Positions 38,581 to 46,565 of a DNA stretch of 57,352 bases are shown here, in pieces. A program made the translations under genes and the position numbers. The stretch covers positions 1-57,352 of the IMG/VR virus record IMGVR_UViG_3300044960_000873; one strand, 5' to 3'. The notes below the pieces were generated by a model. That model saw only the letters and a list, made by a program, of their open reading frames with translations. It was not told the origin of the DNA and did not search any database. The DNA is from a virus (taxonomy: Duplodnaviria > Caudoviricetes). The first letter of the stretch is position 1, and every line of letters starts with the position of its first letter.

Positions 38581-39761
38581 CCGACGCCACCCGCACCTAC
38601 CGGTTCCGCCTCTACCCCACGCCATCCCAGGCGGCCCGCCTCGACCTCTGGCTGATGCGCTGCCGCCATCTCTACAACGACATGCTGACCCAGCGCATCT
38701 GGTCATGGCAGACGCGCCGGGTATCGATCACCTATTACGACCAGCAGAACGCGCTGCCGGAAATCCGGCGCGCATTCCCGGAGTACGCCGAGCTCCCCTC
38801 GAACGTGCTCCAGAACGTCGCCCGCCGTGTCGATATCGCCTATCAGCGTTTCTTCCGGCACGGCGCGGGGTTCCCCAAATATCAGGGGTTCCGCCGCTAC
38901 AACTCGTTCTGCCTCCACTCCCCCAGCGGCTGGAAGCTCCGCCCCGGCCCCGGCCGCATGGGCCGGCTCTCGATCCTGCGCCTGGGGGATATCCCCGTGC
39001 GCGTCCACCGTCCAGTCGCGGGAGAATTGCGCACCTGCACCATCGTGCGCCAGGCCGGCCGCTGGTATGCCTGCATCACCGCCCGCCACGTGCCCATCCC
39101 CGAACTCCCGGCCAGCCCAGCCGCGGTCGGCGTCGACCTGCGCGTGGCCGAGCATTTCCTCGCTACGAGCGACGGGGAGTTGATCGACAACCCCCACCCG
39201 CTGGAGCAGGCATTACGCGACCTCGCCCGCATCCAGCGCACGGTCTCTCGCCGGCAACGCGGCAGCAACCGGCGCGAGGACGCCGTGCGCCAGCTCCAGC
39301 GGGCGCATCAGCGCGTCGCCAACCTGCGGCGCGAGTTCCACCACCGCCTCAGCCACGACCTGGTGACGCGTTACCAGGTGATCGTCGTCGAGGACATCTC
39401 CCCCCTGTTCATGGTCGAGCGCGCGCAACGCGACCCCTACCCGCGCAACCAGGCGCGGCGCGCGCTCGACTCCGGCTGGGGGCAGTTCCTCGGTCTGCTG
39501 GAGTACAAATGCCGCGACCTGGGGCGGATGTTCATCCGCGTCGAGCCGGCCATGACCAGTCAGACCTGCTCGCGCTGCGGGGCCGAGCACGATACCGGCC
39601 CAACCGAACGTATATTCCGTTGTCCGCAGTGTGGATGGGAGGTGCACCGGGCGATCAACGCTGCGCGCAATATCCTGGCGCGTGGCCTGGAGTTGGAGTA
39701 TCATTGCACCAACAGCCGACTACCGGCTGACGGGGACGGGGGGCAATGGCCCCCCGGATGA
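38577..39761 (+). CDS. tnpB: TnpB-family RNA-guided protein, predicted nuclease-dead
   Basis: TYRFRLYPT N-terminus, RuvC-I VGVDLR, RuvC-II VVED, TSQTCSRC/CPQC zinc finger, RuvC-III HRAINAARNI lacking the Asp. Confidence 0.92.
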   Translation: MTDATRTYRFRLYPTPSQAARLDLWLMRCRHLYNDMLTQRIWSWQTRRVSITYYDQQNALPEIRRAFPEYAELPSNVLQNVARRVDIAYQRFFRHGAGFPKYQGFRRYNSFCLHSPSGWKLRPGPGRMGRLSILRLGDIPVRVHRPVAGELRTCTIVRQAGRWYACITARHVPIPELPASPAAVGVDLRVAEHFLATSDGELIDNPHPLEQALRDLARIQRTVSRRQRGSNRREDAVRQLQRAHQRVANLRREFHHRLSHDLVTRYQVIVVEDISPLFMVERAQRDPYPRNQARRALDSGWGQFLGLLEYKCRDLGRMFIRVEPAMTSQTCSRCGAEHDTGPTERIFRCPQCGWEVHRAINAARNILARGLELEYHCTNSRLPADGDGGQWPPG

Positions 39762-39812
39762 ACCGTGGACTTCGCGCCCGTGGAGGTGAGCGATCCCGCG
39801 TACGAACGAGGT

Positions 39813-40024
39813 GTTCCGCCCACGCGTGCGGGGAGTAGGCGACAATCACCCAGTCGTTCTCCGAGTACAAGACGTTCCGCCCACGCGTGCGGGGAGTAGG
39901 CGTTCGCCATGGCCACGATATCTTTGGCGAGCTCGTTCCGCCCACGCGTGCGGGGAGTAGGCGGCAGCACCGTAATAGCAACCACGCGCCAAGTCGTTCC
40001 GCCCACGTGTGCGGGGAGTAGGCG
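39813..40024 (+). CRISPR. CRISPR mini-array: 4 repeats of 29 bp and 3 spacers of 32 bp, plus a degenerate trailer
   Basis: GTTCCGCCCACGCGTGCGGGGAGTAGGCG at 39813, 39874, 39935, 39996 (last with 1 mismatch); exact 61-bp period; remnant GCGAGGAATAGGCG ending at 40060. Confidence 0.93.
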
Positions 40025-40121
40025 AAATGCGCTGGATGCCTGTGCCGCGAGGAATAGGCGTAGACGCTGCCGGCCAGCACGCCGGTCCACTCGATGCAGT
40101 GCTGGTGTGACGAGGAAACAT

Positions 40122-40151
40122 AAGCCCCGCTACCACCCGGTAGCGGGGCTT
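40122..40151. terminator. Hairpin between convergent transcription units
   Basis: 13-bp perfect stem AAGCCCCGCTACC/GGTAGCGGGGCTT. Confidence 0.7.
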
Positions 40152-40216
40152 CGTTCATCAGCGTGCGATTGCCTCTACGCTAGGCTCCCTCGTCCCCATG
40201 GCGCGGGCGTGGAGTG

Positions 40217-40530
40217 TCAAAAAATGCCATTAATTCGGCGTCTGAGGGCAATCGGATCCGTCAGGTAGCGGTAGACGGTGCGCTCTGCGACGCCGAGCGC
40301 GCGGGCGATATCCCTGCGGGTCAGGCCCTGGCGGTCGAGTTCGTGCGCGCGGGCGACGCGTTCGCGGTGTCTCGTCTGGTGGCTCCCAACGCGCCGTGGC
40401 CTGGCCGGCGCGGGTCGATGTCGCCGGCGAGGATGCGGTCGATCACGGCGCGGACGACAACGAACCGGCTGCCCAGGTTGTCAAGGCCATAAAATGACAC
40501 GAATCCTGCATCCCGCATGCCAGGGCTCAC
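40217..40530 (-). pseudogene. Frameshifted resolvase-type HTH gene
   Basis: HTH GLTRRDIARALGVAERTVYRYL lies in a frame without its own start, overlapping ORF 40321-40530. Confidence 0.45.
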
Positions 40531-41192
40531 CACGGCGTCACCCGCTCTCCCAGTCTCCACACCGCCTCCGCCGCCAGCGCCCGCAGCCGGCCCAGCCCGT
40601 ATGTCGTATGTTTCCCTACCCCGCGATACTCCCCGAACCGCGCCAATAGCCACAGCGTCGCCAGGTCCTCCGCATCCACCCGCGAGCCGTCGAAGCGCAC
40701 CACCCCCACGAACCCGCGCTGCGGCTTCCCTCCGGCGATCGGCAGCGTCGCGTAGCGCAACACCTCCGGCACCACCCCCACCCGGCGCACATCCGGGTAC
40801 GCGATCTCGCCGCCCAACGCCCGCCAGCGTTCCACCAACGACCCGAACACGTGGAACGCGTCCGGCGTCTGCACCTCCAGCCCCGCCGTGCGGAAATGCG
40901 TCGGCGTCTCGAACGCCAGCCGCAGCGTCCGCGGCAAATCACCAGCCGGCGACAGGTCAGCCAACCGCGCGCGCCGCACCAACCGCGCCCCCGGGTCTCC
41001 CAGCAGTAACGCCCGCGTCAGGTCATCCTCGAACGACACGACATCGATCGTCCGGGCCCGCACGACCACGCTGTATGGCCGTACCGCATCCCCCGCGTGC
41101 AGCCGGTCGGCCAGCTCCAGGTCGACCCGCCCCACCGTGCTCATCACCCGCTCGATCGGCCCACGCCCCGTCGCGTCGGACAACCTCACCAC
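40527..41192 (-). CDS. cas6: CRISPR pre-crRNA processing endoribonuclease Cas6
   Basis: RPYS, LAFETPTHF, GFVGVVRF and C-terminal G-loop GVGKHTTYGLG. Confidence 0.88.
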   Translation of the reverse strand: MVRLSDATGRGPIERVMSTVGRVDLELADRLHAGDAVRPYSVVVRARTIDVVSFEDDLTRALLLGDPGARLVRRARLADLSPAGDLPRTLRLAFETPTHFRTAGLEVQTPDAFHVFGSLVERWRALGGEIAYPDVRRVGVVPEVLRYATLPIAGGKPQRGFVGVVRFDGSRVDAEDLATLWLLARFGEYRGVGKHTTYGLGRLRALAAEAVWRLGERVTPW

Positions 41193-41572
41193 CGTGACGC
41201 AGCCTGCCAGCGCCGCCACAGTTCCGGGTTGTGCTCCCGGCAGAGCCGCTCCACCTCCTCCGGCGCGATCAGCCACCACGCATGGTGCGCCCGCCGGCGT
41301 GGCTTCACCCGCCGCGCCCGGATCCGTTTCTCCCGCGCCAGCCGCGCCAGCCACTGGGGCGTATACCCCGTCACCAGCGCCGCTTCCCCCGTCGTGTACC
41401 AGCCTCGCTGTTGCGTTTTCCAGATGCGCAGCCGCCAGCGCCAGTTCTCCAGCGTCCGCGGCGCGATCCCCAGCCGTCTCGCGATCCAGCGGTCCGTGCG
41501 CGTCGCGCCCCATCGGCTCAGCGCCTCCTCCACCTCAGCCCGTCGCCGGCGTTGGGTCCTGTTGCTCCCCAC
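41186..41572 (-). CDS. HTH DNA-binding protein
   Basis: IARRLGIAPRTLENW and YTTGEAALVTGYT; coupled to cas6. Confidence 0.7.
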   Translation of the reverse strand: MGSNRTQRRRRAEVEEALSRWGATRTDRWIARRLGIAPRTLENWRWRLRIWKTQQRGWYTTGEAALVTGYTPQWLARLAREKRIRARRVKPRRRAHHAWWLIAPEEVERLCREHNPELWRRWQAASRW

Positions 41573-41837
41573 TGCGCGTGTCCACCTGCCGTTGCAACGA
41601 GAACCCGATCGTTGGCGTCAGATGCGCAATCCCGCTCGCCGGGTGCTCGGCGTAGGCGCGCAGCATCTCCCGGAACGCTGCCTCGCTCGCTGCCGCGACG
41701 CCCGCTGCCAGCACGACCCCCTGTTCAGCGTCCACGCACAGCCGCTCCATCAGCGTCAGCGCCAATTGGCTGCAATCGTCACAGAGGCCCGTCGTCCCGA
41801 GCACGCGTGCCTCATCCCCACATGCCCGGCAGGGCAT
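41535..41837 (-). CDS. Small Zn-finger-like protein
   Basis: CRAC...CDDC; GAGAGG RBS. Confidence 0.55.
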   Translation of the reverse strand: MPCRACGDEARVLGTTGLCDDCSQLALTLMERLCVDAEQGVVLAAGVAAASEAAFREMLRAYAEHPASGIAHLTPTIGFSLQRQVDTRSGEQQDPTPATG

Positions 41838-41846
41838 CGGCCCCTC

Positions 41847-42461
41847 TCATTCCGCCGGCCACCCGAACGTTACGCTCACCACCCCACGCCGGCTCCCCAC
41901 CGTCGAGCCGATGTCCCGGTGTTGCGCCAGATTCGGCAGCGCCACATAGAGCATCTCCCCATGCGCCCGCAGGTACTCGCGCAGATGCACATCCCAGCCG
42001 TGGTGCGGCGACGGCCAATCCCGCACGCCCTCCGCGATCCGCCGCGGCAGCAGCACCGCGATCGTCCCCACCCAGATGCGCAGCGAACGCAGTCGGTCGA
42101 TACACGCCCGGATCGGCCGGCCGGCGTCCAGCGCCCGGTTCACCCAGGCCGGGTGGTAATAGCGCGCCGCCGTGAACAACGTCACCGCCACGTCCGCCGC
42201 CAGCAGCTGCGGCAACCGCGTCGCCAGGCTGGGACAGATATCCGCGTCGTCCTCGACATACAGCAGGTGCGTCGCATCCGGGCGCGCGTGCAACCCCAGC
42301 GCCACTGCCCGGTCGGCCGTCCGCCGCTGCGCCCGGTGGTTCGTCGGCTCCTCCGCCGCCTGCACCGTCACCAACGGCGGCAACCCCAGCCGTTCGAGTT
42401 GGCGCACCGTGTCCCGCAGCGCCTCCGCCCGGCTCCAGACGCTGGGGATGACCGTAACCAC
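41847..42461 (-). CDS. GT-A fold glycosyltransferase
   Basis: LLYVEDDA, WD, PNLAQH...STVG motifs; start inferred. Confidence 0.7.
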   Translation of the reverse strand: MVTVIPSVWSRAEALRDTVRQLERLGLPPLVTVQAAEEPTNHRAQRRTADRAVALGLHARPDATHLLYVEDDADICPSLATRLPQLLAADVAVTLFTAARYYHPAWVNRALDAGRPIRACIDRLRSLRIWVGTIAVLLPRRIAEGVRDWPSPHHGWDVHLREYLRAHGEMLYVALPNLAQHRDIGSTVGSRRGVVSVTFGWPAE

Positions 42462-42712
42462 CCGCGCCGGTGCGTCAGATGGTCCAGCAACACATGCCGG
42501 CCCCACGCCCGCGCCGGCCGGCAGGGGAGCGCGAGCAACAGCACCCACGCCGGGTGATGCGTCAGCCGATGCAGCCGGTACAGCCGCGACCGGCTCGGGT
42601 GCACGCGTCGCGTCAGCAACACCGCCATCAGCAGTGGCGCATCCGGCGCGATCCCCCACACCCGGTCCATATACCAATGCGTCCCCAGGCAGGCCATCAA
42701 CTGAACCCCCAT
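42368..42712 (-). CDS. Small His-rich membrane-bound metal-dependent hydrolase-like protein
   Basis: H...APD...HRLTH...HVLLDHLTH pattern. Confidence 0.5.
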   Translation of the reverse strand: MGVQLMACLGTHWYMDRVWGIAPDAPLLMAVLLTRRVHPSRSRLYRLHRLTHHPAWVLLLALPCRPARAWGRHVLLDHLTHRRGWLRSSPASGAGRRRCGTRCANSNGWGCRRW

Positions 42713-43422
42713 TGCCGGCCATAGCGCGCCTCCAGCCGCTCCATCAGCCCCGGCCACCCCTGACGCAACACCCAGGCATCGGACAACGGCAACGGCCCCA
42801 CCCGCCACGTCTCGCGCGGCATCCCCAGGCGCGCATACACGTCGTACGCCGGGTGGTAGTGCAGCCCCCGGTCGCCGATATAGGCCCAGATATCGGCATC
42901 GCTCCAGCGCCGCAGCGGCCATGCCCGCCATTGCCCATCCACCGCCTGGAACAACCCGCCGAACCGGCGGGTGGCGATGCGCCGGTGCCGCGCCTCGGCC
43001 GCCCGGATGCCCACGAGACAGCCGTCATACCCAGCCGTCAGCGACCAGGGTTCCATCTCCTGCCCGATCCAGCGCATTTGCGGCAACGGCTCGCGCCAGA
43101 ACGGCTCCTCCCGCCAGGGGTCGAACCACCCCGCGTGCCGCGCCCACCCCTGCACCACCTGCAGCTCGGGGAAGCTCAGCACGAACTCCTCTTCGCCGGG
43201 GTGGATCAATTCGTCGTCGGCCCAGATCGCGGTGATCCCCGGCCGCACTAGGCGCGCTAGGTCGAGCACCACCAGCGAATCCTTCCCCCCGCTGAATGCC
43301 ACGTACCAGCGACGCCCCAGCTCCAGCGCCGTCTCGATCTCCCCGATCGCCCGGTCTACCCGCTGGCGGAACGGGCGCGTGCGTGCATGCAGCGCGTCCT
43401 CGCGCCGCAACGCCGCCCCCAT
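42697..43422 (-). CDS. cysH: CysH-like PAPS reductase-family protein (type IV-B ancillary)
   Basis: PP-loop AFSGGKDS, GIRAAEA, PLRRWSDADIWAYI, YHPAYD; directly after csf3. Confidence 0.9.
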   Translation of the reverse strand: MGAALRREDALHARTRPFRQRVDRAIGEIETALELGRRWYVAFSGGKDSLVVLDLARLVRPGITAIWADDELIHPGEEEFVLSFPELQVVQGWARHAGWFDPWREEPFWREPLPQMRWIGQEMEPWSLTAGYDGCLVGIRAAEARHRRIATRRFGGLFQAVDGQWRAWPLRRWSDADIWAYIGDRGLHYHPAYDVYARLGMPRETWRVGPLPLSDAWVLRQGWPGLMERLEARYGRQWGFS

Positions 43423-43424
43423 GC

Positions 43425-44093
43425 TCAGCGCAACTCCGGCATGAAACACCGCGTCCGTTGCTCTGGTCGCCGCCCCGGTGGACGAATCCCCCAGTCCATC
43501 TGCGTCCCCGGCCCCAACTGCCCCATGTGCGCCGCCGCGAACTCCACCGGCAGCGGCCGGCGGAACCGCGCGATCGCCGCGTCGCCCCCCGGCTCCACCG
43601 TCCAGGCGCGCACCTGCCCCCAGCCATGCGCATATCCCGCGCCAATGTTGTGGCAGCGCGCCAGCAGCCGGCGCAGCTCCGCCGCATCGCCGATCGCGTG
43701 CCAGCGCACCCACGGCGTGACGATGCGCGTGTGTCGCGTGCGGTAGGCCTTGTACGGCCCGCCGGCGGTCAATACCCGCCGCACCGTCTCCGGCGTAAAC
43801 CCCAGCGCCGGGCCGTCGTCGAACCGCCGGTGCGTCCACGACTCGAACGTCGCCCGCGCCTCGGCCAGCGGTGAGGAAACGCACCACCACCAGTGCCCCT
43901 CCCACGATTCCCGCGCCAGCGGCAGTTCCGCCTCGACCACCGGCCGATGCCCGGTCATGCCCAGCGCGAATTCCTCCTCCCCCAGTTGCTCGCGCAGCGC
44001 CCAATAGGCCAGGATGCCCTCCAGCGCCGGCGACCACGGGTCGGAGGCCGCATACCCATTCACGAGCCACGCCGTCACCAGCAGCGGCTCCAT
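43425..44093 (-). CDS. csf3: Type IV Cas5-like subunit Csf3
   Basis: LEGILA, G-loop IGAGYAHGWGQV, RPLP, GIRPP. Confidence 0.88.
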   Translation of the reverse strand: MEPLLVTAWLVNGYAASDPWSPALEGILAYWALREQLGEEEFALGMTGHRPVVEAELPLARESWEGHWWWCVSSPLAEARATFESWTHRRFDDGPALGFTPETVRRVLTAGGPYKAYRTRHTRIVTPWVRWHAIGDAAELRRLLARCHNIGAGYAHGWGQVRAWTVEPGGDAAIARFRRPLPVEFAAAHMGQLGPGTQMDWGIRPPGRRPEQRTRCFMPELR

Positions 44094-44587
44094 CAGGTCA
44101 CCTCATGGCCGATCGTGTCCAACACCGTCTCGAACCGCCGCTCGGCCGGCCGTTCCCGCTCCAGCCGGTCGCGCACCAGCGCGATCACCAGCGACGACTG
44201 CGTGTTGTAGATATCGAGCACCCGCCGGTGGTCCACCCGGCGCAACACCCCGGTGAGGAATTCGCGCTGCTCCGGGTCCGCTCCCGGCTGGATGTACTCC
44301 CCCTCCGCCGTCTCCACCAACGGGATCACTCCACGAATGCCCACCTCCACCGCCCTGGGGTGGAGCGAGCCACAGGCCAGCCTGGGCATCAACCGGTCGA
44401 GGAACTCCGGCAACGTGCGCGAGCGTTTCGCCGATGCGCGCACGAACCGCGCGACCTGGCTCCAAACGTCCGGCGTGATCTTGAACCGGTTGCGGTCCCG
44501 CGAGCGCCAGGTGGCATACACCAGCAACGCCGCCGTCGCCTCATGCAGATCCCCGGTGTCGAACCCGTAGATGTACTCCCCGCTCAC
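44093..44587 (-). CDS. cas11: Type IV-B small subunit Cas11
   Basis: Alpha-helical 164 aa protein between csf2 and csf3, translationally coupled to both. Confidence 0.7.
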   Translation of the reverse strand: MSGEYIYGFDTGDLHEATAALLVYATWRSRDRNRFKITPDVWSQVARFVRASAKRSRTLPEFLDRLMPRLACGSLHPRAVEVGIRGVIPLVETAEGEYIQPGADPEQREFLTGVLRRVDHRRVLDIYNTQSSLVIALVRDRLERERPAERRFETVLDTIGHEVT

Positions 44588-45579
44588 GCGCCGGCTCCGA
44601 TCATGCGGCGGATCTCCGGTTGGTTCGCGTCCAGCATTGCGTCGTAAATCCCGCGCAGGTGCTGGTCATAGGCATCCTTCGCCGACGCCGCCGGCAGGCT
44701 CAACAAACACCGGTCGGCGACGGTGACGAATTCGGGCACCACCTCTCCCGTATCCAGGTCCCCCAACACCGTCTCCAGCGTCACCAGCCCATGCCCCCGG
44801 TTCGCCTGTCCGCCGATGTGCGGCGAGCGGCTGAACGTATGCAGCCCCGAAACCAGGCAGCCCAGTTCCACATCGGTCACGTCGAGCAGGTCGATGTGCG
44901 CCAGCAATTGCGTCCCCGCTGCGAGCAGCTCCACCGTCATGCGCATCTGCTGCGCCGGCGCATCCCCCCGCGCCGGTTTCGACTCGTCGCTGGGCAACAA
45001 CGCCCCCTGGGTCAACGCCGGAGCCGATTGCGCCAGGTACGGCAGGTAGGCGGGGTCTTTCGCGTCGTCCTTGCGCGAGAACGATTTCTCGAACGTCAGC
45101 GCCGCGTAGGAGACGGTCGTCGTCAGGCGGTGGAACGGATCAATCGCCGGCAGCGCCTCGACGCATACCGGGTAGGCGTTGGATACGCGCATTTTCCCCG
45201 GCAGCACCTGGTTGCCGATCCCCCCGCCTAGCAGCGCCAGCATCGGCAGCAGCCGGCGATACGCCCGCGCTACCCCCAGGTCGGTCTGCTGTTGCCCACC
45301 GATCGCGCCGCCGGAGAACAACAGGTGGAACGCGTCCAGCGAAATCACCGGGTTGCCCAGACGCTGGAGCAAATACGTCGCCATCAGGTCGCGCAATTGC
45401 CCCCGCCAGGCGTTGCCTGAGTAGCAGAATACCCTCGCGACTGACTCGTCCGGCTGGAGGATCGGCTCCTCCACCAGGAATGACGTCGTCGATTCCGACT
45501 CGCCGATGTGCGAGAGCGGGCTACGTAGGGTGAACCGTTGCAGCAGGCGCAGATTGCGCGTGCGCGTCGTCGTCTCCAT
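44584..45579 (-). CDS. csf2: Type IV Cas7-like backbone Csf2
   Basis: SPLSHIG, SGNAWRGQLRD, LFSGG, LLGG, G-loop IGGQANRGHG. Confidence 0.92.
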   Translation of the reverse strand: METTTRTRNLRLLQRFTLRSPLSHIGESESTTSFLVEEPILQPDESVARVFCYSGNAWRGQLRDLMATYLLQRLGNPVISLDAFHLLFSGGAIGGQQQTDLGVARAYRRLLPMLALLGGGIGNQVLPGKMRVSNAYPVCVEALPAIDPFHRLTTTVSYAALTFEKSFSRKDDAKDPAYLPYLAQSAPALTQGALLPSDESKPARGDAPAQQMRMTVELLAAGTQLLAHIDLLDVTDVELGCLVSGLHTFSRSPHIGGQANRGHGLVTLETVLGDLDTGEVVPEFVTVADRCLLSLPAASAKDAYDQHLRGIYDAMLDANQPEIRRMIGAGA

Positions 45580-46327
45580 CCAACCTCCGGGCGATATGCA
45601 ATACCAACCGGAACAGGTCGCGTTCGTAGTTGCGCCAGTGGACGAGTTCGGCATCCAGCCGCCGCCACTCCCGGATGCCCAGCCTGGCGATACGGTGCGG
45701 TGGCGGCTCTCCGCTGAATACGTCATCGCGGGTCAGCCCCGCCGCCAACGCCGCCTCCACCGCCGTCAGGCACGCGCGCAGTCGCTCGCGGTCCACGATC
45801 AACGTGTCCTCCTCGACCTGCACCGGGAACGTACCGCTGCTGTAGGCGATCTGGGCGCGGAAGATCGTGTGTTTCTGCCCCGTCAGGGCGATGCAGAGCA
45901 CGAACGGAGGCGCTGGGGGATCGAGCAACGACTCGCGCAGGTCGGCGCGCCCCAGCCGGCGGTGGCCACTGGGGATGCCTGGGGAGAACGCATGCGAGTA
46001 ATTGCGCCAGCCGAGCCGCTGGGAGGCTGGGGGCGGCTGCCCCGCGCGCGCCAGGTGGTCGCGCCACCCCTCGTTCGTCGAGAGATAGACGCACGCCTGG
46101 CACACCGTCTGCGACGTCGGCACGGCCGCCGCGTTCACGTTGGTGAACGTCGCCGGGTCGAACGCCGGCCGGCCACGCTGGGGCCAGCCCACCCCGCCGG
46201 TCTCGCCGCCACATAACCAGCAGGCCGGATCAGCCCCATACCGCTCCCCGCGTTTGGGGATTGGCGGGCGCCATTCGGGTGATCCAATCAGCCGGTGCGC
46301 CAGTTGCGGCGCGCTGAACACGCGCAT
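45521..46327 (-). CDS. csf1: Type IV Cas8-like subunit Csf1
   Basis: CWLCG, CQAC, LLDPPAPPF, GQKH. Confidence 0.85.
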   Translation of the reverse strand: MRVFSAPQLAHRLIGSPEWRPPIPKRGERYGADPACWLCGGETGGVGWPQRGRPAFDPATFTNVNAAAVPTSQTVCQACVYLSTNEGWRDHLARAGQPPPASQRLGWRNYSHAFSPGIPSGHRRLGRADLRESLLDPPAPPFVLCIALTGQKHTIFRAQIAYSSGTFPVQVEEDTLIVDRERLRACLTAVEAALAAGLTRDDVFSGEPPPHRIARLGIREWRRLDAELVHWRNYERDLFRLVLHIARRLDGDDDAHAQSAPAATVHPT

Positions 46328-46333
46328 GTGCAC

Positions 46334-46362
46334 AGTGTACGAACAATGGATGGTATGAGCAA
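46334..46362 (-). promoter_or_regulatory. Promoter of the type IV-B operon, probably giving a leaderless mRNA
   Basis: TTGCTC-N17-TACACT separated by 6 nt from the csf1 ATG; no SD sequence. Confidence 0.6.
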
Positions 46363-46565
46363 CCCCTATTGGATGGGGAAATGGATGGAGCCAAACAGCG
46401 GGCAGTGGCTGTCAGCCGGCCGCCCGCTGTTTGGCACAGGGAGGAGGGAGAGGAGAAATATGCACTGGGTGGCCCGGCCACGCCGCCGGGCCATGCGTGA
46501 CCGCCGGCCAGTTCCCACGGCCTCTGGGCTCCGGGTCATGCCGCGCAATCTGGCCTGCCCGCAGA

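Noticed and set aside
38577-39761. Active IS200/IS605 or IS607 element
   Set aside because: No tnpA, no recognisable left end, gene coupled to a phage gene, catalytic Asp missing
46345-46388. Three TGGATGG copies near the csf1 promoter
   Set aside because: Short and irregularly spaced; could be operators but there is not enough support
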